A stretch of DNA of 25,925 bases from assembly GCF_004010195.1 (NCBI RefSeq), contig NC_057718.1:22268026-22293950 (forward strand), read 5' to 3'. Source of the DNA: Chiloscyllium plagiosum. Taxonomy: Eukaryota. Position 1 is the stretch's first letter. The number at the start of each line of letters is the position of its first letter. Shown piece after piece: positions 10,837 through 20,704 of the stretch. The position numbers were made by a program, and so were the translations under genes. The notes under the pieces are model-generated. The model was not told the origin of the DNA, made no database searches, and worked only from the letters and a program-made list of their open reading frames with translations.

Positions 10837-11040
10837 GCTTATATAACATCTCATTTGTCAGAAATATCTGAAAAACTTTGGCACTGTGCATTACTTTGAA
10901 GTTCAATATCATTATAAGTCAAGATGGCAACCAGCCTGTGTACAGCACGATAGCACAAATATATTGAGATAAATGACCATTTTCTTTCCTTTTAGTTCAG
11001 ATTTCTGAGGGAGACTTTTTTGTCAGAATCCTGCTACCTC
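10837..11040 (-). mobile_element. Second decayed SacSINE1-like DeuSINE fragment
   Basis: Colinear with about 3700-3900: tatataac..cagaa..tactttgaag..gatggca..cacaaa..tgagataaatgacca. Confidence 0.5.
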
Positions 11041-11877
11041 CAAGCAATTGATGTTTTTTTTAAGTTTGCATCTTTGTCTTGTCTCTTTTCTGACAATAAC
11101 AGCACCATCCCTGGAAAATAATGGCATTTTGATTTTGCCACTCTGATACAGAAAGAGAAACTGTGCTAGCTCACTGCCTGATTTCTACTTCTTGTGGGAA
11201 ATTACTTGGCCCTTATTTAGCAGCTCTCTTCACTGTCCTTTCTTTGTTTGAGATAGGTCAAGGCAATGTCCAGTGCTGTAAGAGTTCCCTTTAAACTCCT
11301 CCACATTCTGCATCAAATGATTTAACTCTTCTAAAAATGTGAGCAGGCACATTCAGGTTTTGTGAGATTCAGTAAACCATAGGTGGTTGATCATTATTAT
11401 CGTTGAATCAATTTCTCTGACTGGTTGTTACTTCTGTTGCTGATCCTTTGGAACTTTCAAAAATTACTGTCAGGCCAGAAAGGGAAGCATGACCTCTCCA
11501 TATTACTCAACACATTATGAAGGTGATGATCAGCAGACACCAGTCAAGTATTTAACAACCTGCTGGGGTTGTCTCAGGAGTGATTTGACAAATTTATATC
11601 TGAAAGCCTTCCAAGATATATATCACACCAATGGAAATTCTGTCTTTTCAAACATTTTGATTTGATGTAGACCAAATAGAGAAGGGCAATTTCTGCAGAG
11701 TTTCCACTAGAATTCTATCTATGTTGGTTTCTACATTGGCCATATTGCTTGGATCCTATGTCTCTCACTGTCAGTCTATCTTTAGCTATGGCTAAATGCC
11801 CCAAACACTGGCACTGGTTTAACAACACAACAATCTAAACTCTCACTCATTGCTGAAGAGAATAGTGTCAACCTGCC

Positions 11878-12330
11878 TCACTATATTGTCTCTACTACCA
11901 CTACATTCCTTTTTGCTTCCACCACTTGAAAGGCTCCCTGTACCACAATGCTATGCTCAGTTAGCTCATCCACCATGCAGCCCTTACTTTCATCCAGACA
12001 AGCTAAAAGAACTTCAAATCTGTTAGACAGTTGCAAAGACTGTGGCCCTTCCACTCCAGCCCTCTGTTTCCCTTCAACTACTGCACTTACTATCATGTCT
12101 GAATTTCCTGACCGAAGACCAAATCAGAAGAACCTATCCTAAGGAGTGTGATTGCCTCCTGGAACAATGAGTCCCTCTTGCTGATGTGTTGTGATGTCTG
12201 TCATTCAGCCTCCAACTCAATGATTCGGAGCACAAGCTGCTCAAGGTGCAAATACTTTTTGCATATCTGTTTATCCTGGATCACACTAGCCTCCAGCATT
12301 ACCCACATTCTGTAATCATGACACATCACC
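11878..12330 (-). mobile_element. CR1 ORF1 remnant (zinc finger/leucine zipper up to the start of the esterase domain)
   Basis: VMCHDYRMW..ICKKYLHLEQLVLRIIELEAE* (decayed CxxC pairs plus zipper), LSNRFEVL, and RNVVVVETI (decayed VVVGDS). Confidence 0.75.
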
Positions 12331-12454
12331 TCATTTAATGTGTTTTAATTGTCTACTTAATTATTTTAATCAATTATTACTTCCCTTTGTTTATTCAACT
12401 TACCATCATTTCCTGTAATATTTAAAATCTTCAGAATAGAATACACTTTAACCA

Positions 12455-13121
12455 CTTTTTTTTTTCAGATTTTTTTCTACCCATTCATTGGATGTACACA
12501 TTGCTAGGTGGGCCAGCATTTATTACCTATCCCTAGTGTCTTGCGAAGGTGGTAGTGAGCTGCTTTCTTCAGCTGCTGCAGTCCATAAGCTGCTGGTGCA
12601 ACCACAATGTCATGAAGGAAGATCCAGAATTTTGACCCAGTAACAGTGAAGTAACGGCAATACATTTCCATGTCAGGATGATGAGTGGCTTGGAGGGGAA
12701 CTTGTAGGTCGAGGTGATCCCTTGAATCTGCGAAAAGTAATCATGGATTTGGTAGATTTTGTCTAAGCAGTCTTGGTGAATTCGCATAATACATCTTGTA
12801 GATGACACATAGTACTGCTACTAAGTGTTGGTGGTGGAGGGCATAGATATTTATGGATGAGGTGCCAAACAAGTGACCTGCTTTGTCTTGGATGGTGTCA
12901 AAGCTTCTTGAGTGGTGTTGAAGTGCACTCATCCGGGCAAGAGGGGAGTATTCCATCATTCTACAGATTTGTTTCTTGTAAATGGTGGACAGGCTTTGGG
13001 TGGAGGGAGGAAGGAGGTCAAAAGGTGACTTACTCATTGCAGGATTCCTAGCCTCTTAACTGCTCTTGTAGCCAGAGTATTTATATGACAAGTGCAGTTC
13101 CATTTCTGGTCAATGGTAATC
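12455..13121 (-). mobile_element. CR1/L2-group LINE 3' end with poly(A) tail
   Basis: ORF 12741..13037 contains LSTIYKKQICRMMEYSPLA..FDTIQDKA. T-runs at about 12455-12477 are the minus-strand A tail. Confidence 0.8.
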
Positions 13122-13354
13122 TCCGTTGTTGTGGTGCTGTGTATTCTTGTCATTCAATAATTTGTGAAAATCATATTCCTGAACTAGTGCAAGTCTATAA
13201 TGAAGCACAGAACAACAACAGTTTAAATGAATTAATTCTATTTTGGAAGAATGGGAGAGCAGAAATGCCTGTTGGCTTAAGACAATGCTGATTAAATAAA
13301 TGTTGGAAAGAGACAACAGATAATTGACTGGCAAAGAAATGGATCTGATACAGA

Positions 13355-13552
13355 AGTCATAGAGAAGTACAGCATGGAAACAGACCCTTCGGTCCAACTA
13401 ACATAACCTAGTCCCAATTGTCAGCACTTGGCCCATATCACTCTAAACCCTTCCTATTCATACACCCATCCAGTTGCCTTTCAAATGCGGCAATTGTACC
13501 AGCCTCCACCACTTCCTCTGGCAGTTCATTTCATGTACGCACCACCCTCTGG
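13355..13552 (-). mobile_element. CR1 (HER1-like) 3' end
   Basis: Reverse complement closely matches about 7650-7870 (gaagggtctgtttccatg.tgtac..ctatgact). Confidence 0.88.
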
Positions 13553-13705
13553 ACCTCTGAAAGTGAAAAAAAATTGAAATTGAATTGGGGAGCCAAGTGA
13601 GCCATCCACAGAAGCAGAGTGCCATAAGCAGTACTATTACAACTGCTAAGACTGATGTTTTTAATTCGTGTTATTTAGGACTGTACTCGTATGCCTCTTT
13701 GCAGT

Positions 13706-14214
13706 CCAAAAGTGTGGCACTGGAATAGCACAGCAGGTCAGGGAGCATCTGAGGAGCAGGAGAATCGACATTTTGGGCATAAGCGATTCAGGAATGTGGG
13801 GAGGTACGGGGGCTGAGAGATAAATAGGAGGTTGGGGTGGGGGTGGGGTTGGGGTTTGGGAGAAGGTAGCTGGGAAGGCGATAGGTGGATGCAGGTGGAG
13901 GGTAATTGTGATTGGTTGGTGGGGAGGGCGGAGCAGATAGGTGGGAAGGAAGAGGGACAACTAAGACAGTTCAAGAGGGCTGTGCCGAGTTGAAGGGTTG
14001 GATCTGGAATGAGGTGGGAGGAGGGGAGATGAGAAAACTGGTGAAATCGACATTGATCCCGTGTGGTTGGAGGGTCCCAAGGCGGAAAATGAGGCATCCT
14101 TCCTCCAGGCGTCGGGTGTGTTGGATTTAGCAGTGGTGGGTGCCCAGGACTTGCATGTCCTTGGCAGAGTGGGAGGGGGAGTTGAAGTGGTCACCGGGTG
14201 GTGGGGTTGTTTGG
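13706..14214 (-). mobile_element. Penelope-like element 3' fragment (GIY-YIG C-terminus, 3' UTR, degenerate hammerhead) with 14-bp TSD
   Basis: Minus strand HFNSPSHSAKDMQVLG..RRLEEGCLIFRLGTLQPHGINVDF. Flanks are TGCCTCTTTGCAGT (13692-13705) and TGCCCCTTTGCAGT (14215-14228). Confidence 0.88.
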
Positions 14215-15799
14215 TGCCCCTTTGCAGTTTGTATTTTAGAGTAACACTGGAACTATCAGTCACAGAGAGAGGATAATTGTAACATTTGTTGGAATTGGAT
14301 TGAAACATTAGAGTTGAAGATGAGAATTTCCTCATGCCTGGCATTAAGACTCAAAACTGTGAAACTTGACAAATTGATGGTGATCTCCTTTGAAATTGCT
14401 CATTAACAATTTGAAAGAAAGAAAATTACATTGCATTTGTACAACGGCCACTGCGCCTGGTGTTGCTGTCGGAACTGAGGAGTTGCTTGGCCTTTGATTT
14501 GGAGGTGGGGCATACTACCTCACAGGGGTGGAAACTGTGACTACAAGCAGTTGATTAGCTGCTCAGCATCATGGCTTCCATGGCTAGCGAAAGACAGGGT
14601 TGTCCCTGACTCTCTAGTCAGTAGCTCTGTGTCACCACTTTCATGGAAATCCCAGGTTTACTGTACACTTATCTGTGACTGTCACATTATTATGATTACT
14701 GAATCATTCTGTTCCTTTAAAGTCAGTGCTCTGGTACTCCCTATGGATCAGTGCACTACTTGGCCATATGCCAATGCCATTTAGAACCTAATTAATATGG
14801 TCATTGGATATTTATTTGAATTTTCAATTGCTTGGCTCATCTGCTGGAAGAAAAGCTGGTTATCATCAAGATCTGAAAATGTGGTACAACTCCTGTTTAT
14901 GCAGTAAGGCAATCTGACTGTGATTTACTCATGTTTTATACATAAGCATGAAGGCTGAAGTGTGATAGGTGTATCTCAGACTCTCATACAAAAATTCTAT
15001 ACCCACACAACACTGAAAATATCTCAAAACCCTGAACTTACCAAATCAATTTTGAGTGCATCTAAGTCATAAACATTTCTTTGTACTGTATTTCTGTGTC
15101 TGCATGTGCAAGTGTTACATTTATTTCTATGTACTTGTCACTATGTGTATGTTAGTAGAAATATTGCCCTGATGAAAATACTCTGAATTTCAAATGTACA
15201 ATCAGGACAAAAACTGGGTCAAAAGTTGATAATGACGCACAGCTTCATTTTTATTTAAAAACCATACATTTTTACTCTTGATATTTTCTACAAAACTTCA
15301 TATCTTTAAAAAATTAATTAAGTATAACTTGATGGAGTTCAATACACTCCACTGAATTTACAGATTCAAGCATAGCCTGTGAAAAATGTTTGGCCTCAGC
15401 TCAAGAATCTTGCACTTTTCTCACACTCCATCCTGTTCTATCCTTCAGTCCTCTGACATTACAGCTACCTGTGCATTCAGGGTCCCCAAGAGTCTATTTC
15501 TCATTCCCATTTCTTGCACTTTCACATGTTATGACTCAATGACATCACTCACAGATGTGGGTCAGTTTTTACATAAGCCACTTATTGAGAGCCTGATAAA
15601 GTTGTGTTTAACATTATATTTGGAATCCAGTCTGATTTTACTTCCTATTGAAGTCAGTGCAGAGTACTATTGTGTAGGCTGTACTGATGGTTTTCCACTT
15701 AATCCCATGAATTTCCATCCCAACAAGTTACTGTCCTGCAATCCACCTCAAAACGAGTGTTATACCCAAATCTTACTCGTGACTATTTCCTTCAATCCC

Positions 15800-16711
15800 A
15801 ATCTGCTTTGTCAGACTGCCTGCTTATTTTTCTCATTATGCGTGAGCCAAGATTTACTCATCAGCTGCATTGGTAGGACTGAAGCCATCATTTTTGGTGT
15901 CCATCAAAAAGCTTGTTCCTTTGATATTGTTCATGTTTCCATCTGTGTTCATTTAAAAGGCAATCTGCGTAAAACCGAGGCATCCTATTTAATTTCAATC
16001 TGACACTCTATTCATTATCAAGGCCAAGTGCTTCAGTCTGCATATTATAGTTCACTTTTTCTGTGCCTGACCCCTTACCCACTGTTATCAAAACACTTAG
16101 CCAGGTTTTTGGAAGCTTAATTTGTTACATCTTCCCCTTGTTTATATTCATTCTTCACCCTGTATAAACTTAAGTTTATTCAAGATTTAGATGTCTGTAT
16201 CCTGCCCTGTTAAAGACTACTTTTTCAACACTCCTGTACCTTCTGACCTATGTCATGCATCTGTTGAACAGTTGTGTATTAATGCATTCATTCCAATGCA
16301 TTAAATCTTAAAACCTCATCTCCATTTTTAAAATCTTCCTTAGTTTCAGTCTATCCATCTCACTCTCTCCAACCTTCCCATTAACATCTCTTCACCAGCC
16401 TTACTCACACTCCTGACCACCCTTTGGACTTCAGGCTTTGTCCTTCATTACATCCCTTTGCCTTTTGCACTACCACTGATGACATAATCTTAAGCTACCT
16501 GCCTCTACTGTCTAGAGAAAGCACCTGTCTAAACTCCTCCACCTCCCCCTTTTACTATTGGTCTCTAAGTTCATCTTCTGAACCAAATTTTTATTTATCT
16601 ATCCTGGCTAATGTTCAGCATCAGCAGCTATCATTTCTCTTCTATCATCCTCTCCTAGTTTTGAGGTTTTTTGTGTAAAGGTACCACATAAATGTAAGTT
16701 GTTTGTTGTTG
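15800..16711 (+). mobile_element. Highly decayed L2-type LINE 3' portion
   Basis: CVSQDLLISCIGRTEAIIFG (WMSxNFLQLNxxKTEAIIFG-like). Ends taaaggtaccacataaatgtaagttgtttgttgttg. Confidence 0.55.
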
Positions 16712-17125
16712 ATAGGAATTCTTACACCCTTTCAACTTCATTTTTGGAACTCTGTCTGACTGTAAGTACCTCTGTTTCAATATCTCCTTTCTTCCTTCCA
16801 AAATACTGAACACTAGCCATTTTGGTATTAATTATTTATTAAATACCACCCACTTGACTTCACTTTCAGGCACCTTTCCTAACTCTTCCAGGGCTGCTCA
16901 ATTTTTATTCTCTCTTCTGTGAACTGCTTCAGGAATATTTCTCTGTTTAAGATGCAATGTATATGCTAGATTTGCAATTAACTTTGCATTTCATAGTTTG
17001 CAGCTTATTTCCGGAGAATAATGTATGGATGTGTTTGACATCAAATCAATATTTGCTATTATTCCATGTTTTTGAATGCCCTCTGCAGTGTAAGCTGTTC
17101 ATTAGACAGAGAACTCCAAATGATG

Positions 17126-17151
17126 CTTATGTTTCATTTCTCTTCTTGCAG
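17126..17151 (+). promoter_or_regulatory. 3' splice site (candidate branch point, polypyrimidine tract, AG)
   Basis: CTTAT (YTNAY) at 17126-17130, then gtttcatttctcttcttgCAG immediately before the RyR exon. Confidence 0.85.
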
Positions 17152-17271
17152 AATGATGAAGTTGTGCTGCAGTGCAGTGCCACTTTCCACAAAGAGCAGC
17201 TCAAACTCTGTCTTGCTGCAGAAGGATTTGGCAACCGACTCTGTTTTTTGGAGTCTACCTCGAACTCTAAG
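17152..17271 (+). CDS. RYR2: Ryanodine receptor internal coding exon (exon 2 equivalent, N-terminal domain A), most likely RyR2
   Basis: Encodes [40 protein letters not shown]; 120 nt, phase 0/0, bounded by ttgcag and gtgagc. RyR family assignment is near-certain. ESTSNSK is the RyR2-type ending (RyR1 EPTSNAQ, RyR3 EPTSEAK), so the paralog call is less certain. Confidence 0.92.
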
Positions 17272-17277
17272 GTGAGC
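17272..17277 (+). promoter_or_regulatory. 5' splice donor
   Basis: AAG|GTGAGC, exactly where RyR similarity stops. Confidence 0.9.
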
Positions 17278-17654
17278 CTTTCTGATAGTTATTGCACCCT
17301 GATCAGACATTGCTGAGCTTTTTGAGTCAATGATTGTTGCCACATCAGTTTTTGGTTGGCTCAAGGATATTATGTTCTACTGTGGAAGGGATAATAATCC
17401 AAGACCAGTTAGAAACTGAATAGATGGATGAGTATAATGAAGGGCTGGTATATTTTTGAAGAGAAGTTAAAAGTAATCAATTCATTCTTGCATAAGATGA
17501 CTGATGCAGACAACTGTACTTGTTAAGATTTCTTGAATTAAAAATGTAATAGACACATATTAAGAACCTGTTGTTATTTAATAATTAATGCTAGAGCAGT
17601 GCTTTTAATTTTTTTTCTTGAGACAGGATTAATCAATATTCTCTTGCTAATGGA

Positions 17655-17712
17655 GCCTCTAGGCGACAGTGATCACAACGTGATACAATTTTGTGTTCAC
17701 TTTGAACAGGAT
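17655..17712 (+). mobile_element. Tiny CR1 endonuclease fragment
   Basis: Encodes EPLGDSDHNVIQFCV (APE SDH motif). Confidence 0.55.
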
Positions 17713-20279
17713 CCACAGCACATAGCTGATACTCTCTGACATGTATAACCTCAATCTCTCACCCTCGCTGCTTAACCACCACACTGTACACTTTATCTCT
17801 CTGTAGCTAAATCCTGTCTGACCACCCCCTAACTCTGCCCTGTACCCAGTGTCCACTGTCTACAGGCAGTTGGTCATTGTCTAGTAGGGCAACAAGCAAG
17901 CAATTGGATAAGTCCAAGTATGAGCGTTCAATTTCTTACATCAAAAGTTAACACAAAAAACCCAATAGTGACTGAAAATTGCCCTGATAACGCAAACCAG
18001 ATTTCAGCATCATGACCAATGAGTGTTTTACATTACACTCTGCTACACTCAACTTTCATATACTGGAACTGAGTGTCAATCAGGTCCTGTCTGGCCTGTA
18101 GTGCTGAACACAGCTGAGCTGTGACTCACACACACAAGGAGAGCTTCCTCCTCTCTAGTAAGAGGATTCGCAGTAGAGAGAGGAGGAAAACTTCTCTCTA
18201 GTGTCATTATCCTCCCCCTTAGAAGACTGCTCCTGTTCCCCCAATTCCTCAGCTTTCTGCACATCACCTCATTGCCGACTCCAACTGTATAAATCACAGC
18301 TCACCAGATGAAGCTGCACTCTATTAGCCCCAGACTGGTCCAAACAGCAGAATCATATCATCAAATGCCTTGTACTCTGCTCCATTATGGGCTTGATTAA
18401 GATATGACAGCATTACATTTGTTCTCTATGTCACTCGGGCGTTATGCAATGGTGATATGAGGCATGGATGCAGTGGGTAGCCCTTAACCCTGAGTGACTA
18501 GCATTGTAAACTGGACCCTCAAGCACACCAGTTATATGAAAGTGCTCCAAGATGCAGGAGTCATAGCAGCTGCCAAGGTAGGGGGCACACACCTCCAGGA
18601 AGTGGGAATGGTTATCACAAATGACATGGAACACAGAACAGAGAGCAGTACAGCACAGAACAGGTCCTTCAGCCCTCGATGTTGTGCTGACGTTTTATCC
18701 TACCCTAAGATCAGAGTAACCTATATTCTCTTCATTGTACTAGATTCCAAGTGCCTGTCCAAGAGTTGCTTAAATGTCCCTAATGTATCTGACTGTAATA
18801 CCACAGTTGGCAGTGCATTCCATACACCCACCACTCTCTGTGTAAAGAATCTACCTCTGAACACTCCCGTAAATCTCCTTCTAATCACCTTAAAATTATG
18901 CCTCCTCGTGATAGCCATTTCCATCCTGGAGAAAATTCTCTGGCTATCCACTCTATCTATGCCTCTCATCATCTTGTACACCTCTCATCCTTCTTCACTC
19001 CAATGAGAAAATACCAGCTCCCTCAACCTTTCCTCCAGTCCAGGCAGCAAACTGGTAATTCTCCTCTGCATCATCCATAAAGCTTTCACATCCTTCCTAT
19101 AATGAGACAACCAGAACTGAACACAATATTCCAAATATAGTCTAACCAGCACTCTATAGAGCTGCAGCATAACCTTGTGGCTCTTAAGCTCAATCCCCCT
19201 GCTACTGGAAGCCAACACAACATATACCTTCTTGACAACCCTAAAAACTTGGGTGGCAACTTTGAGGGATCTCTGGACATGGAAACCCTGTTTATCCACA
19301 CTGCCAAGAATCCTGCCTTTAACCCTGTATTCTACATTAAATATGACCTTCCAAAGTGAATGACATCACACTTTTCCAGGTTGAATTTCATCTGCCACTC
19401 TCAGCCCAGTTCTGCATCCTGTCAAAGTCCCACTGCAACCTACAACAATCCTCTACACTATCTATCACTTCATCAACCTTCATGGCATTGGTAAACTTAC
19501 TCACCCATCTTTCCACTTCCTCATCCAAGTCATTTATAAAGATCGCAAAGAGCAGAGGTCCCAGAACAGATTCCTGCGGAACACCACTGGTAACCAAGCT
19601 CCAGTTGAATACTTCCCATCTACCACCACCCTCTGTCTTCTATAGGCCAGCCAAATCTGTATCCAGACAGCCAGAGATCCCTGTATCCCATGCCTCCTTA
19701 CTTTCTGAATGATCCTACCATGGGGAGCCTTATCAAATGCCTTGCTAAAATCCATGCACACCACATGCACTGCTCTACCTTCATCAAAGTGTTTTGGCAC
19801 ATCCTTAAAGAATTCAATAAGGTTTGTGAGGCATGATCTACCCCTCACAAAGCCATGCTGACTATCTCTAATCAAATTGTGATTTTTCAAGTAAGCATAA
19901 ATCCTGTCTCTCAGAATCCTCCAATACTTTACCCACCACAGATGTGAGACTGACTAGTCTGTAGTTCCCAGGATTATCCCTACTCCCTTTCTTGAACAAG
20001 GGAGTAACATTTGCCACCCTCCAATCATCTGGCACTGGACAGTGAGGATGCAAAGATCATTGCCAAAGGCGCAGCAATCTCTTCCCTCACATTCTGTAGT
20101 AACCTGGGGTATATCCTATCTGGCCCAGAGGATTTATCTATCCTCATGTTTTTAAAACTTTTCAGCGCATCCTCCTTAACATCAACCTGTTCAAGCATTT
20201 CAGTCTGTTTCATGCTGTCCTCAGAAACATTAAGGTCCCTCTCAGTCGTGAATAAATACTGAAGCAAAGTATTCATTAA

Positions 20280-20704
20280 CATAGAACATAGAACATAGAA
20301 GAATACAGCGCAGTACAGGCCCTTCGGCCCTCGATGTTGCGCCGATCCAAGCCCACCTAACCTACACTAGCCCACTATCCTCCATATGCCTATCCAATGC
20401 CCGCTTAAATACCCATAATGAGGGAGAGTCCACCACTGCTACTGGCAGGGCATTCCATGAACTTACGACTCGCTGAGTAAAGAACCTACCCCTAACATCT
20501 GTCCTATACCTACCCCCCCTTAATTNNNNNNNNNNNNNNNNNNNNNNNNNNNAAAACTGCACACAATACTCCAGATGCGGATGCACCAGAGTCTTATACA
20601 ACTGCAACATGACCTCAGTACTCCGGAACTCAATTCATCTACCAATAAAAGCCAGTACGCCATATGCCTTCTTCACCGCACTATTTACCTGGGTGGCAAC
20701 TTTC
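20280..20704 (-). mobile_element. Younger CR1 3' fragment nested in the long CR1
   Basis: (ATAGAAC)n tail at about 20279-20300, CpG-rich, encodes MLQLYKTLVHPHLEYCVQF..RFFTQRVVSSWNALP. The host CR1 sequence resumes at about 20705. Confidence 0.9.
20526..20552. other. Assembly gap (27 N)
   Basis: Run of N in the sequence. Confidence 1.

Noticed and set aside
13763..13795. Hammerhead in the long PLE fragment
   Set aside because: Core is destroyed: CUGAAUC instead of CUGANGA and AAAAU instead of GAAAC.
15386..16003. 205-aa ORF
   Set aside because: No coherent domain, and its C-terminal part is a decayed L2 RT remnant.
16957..17316. 119-aa ORF as a standalone gene
   Set aside because: Only 17152-17271 is RyR-like and is bounded by splice sites. 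The rest is intron read-through.
18430..18498. C/D-box snoRNA-like segment (GTCAC..CTGA-GTGAC terminal stem)
   Set aside because: A D-box-like CTGA is present, but there is no RTGATGA C box next to the 5' stem.
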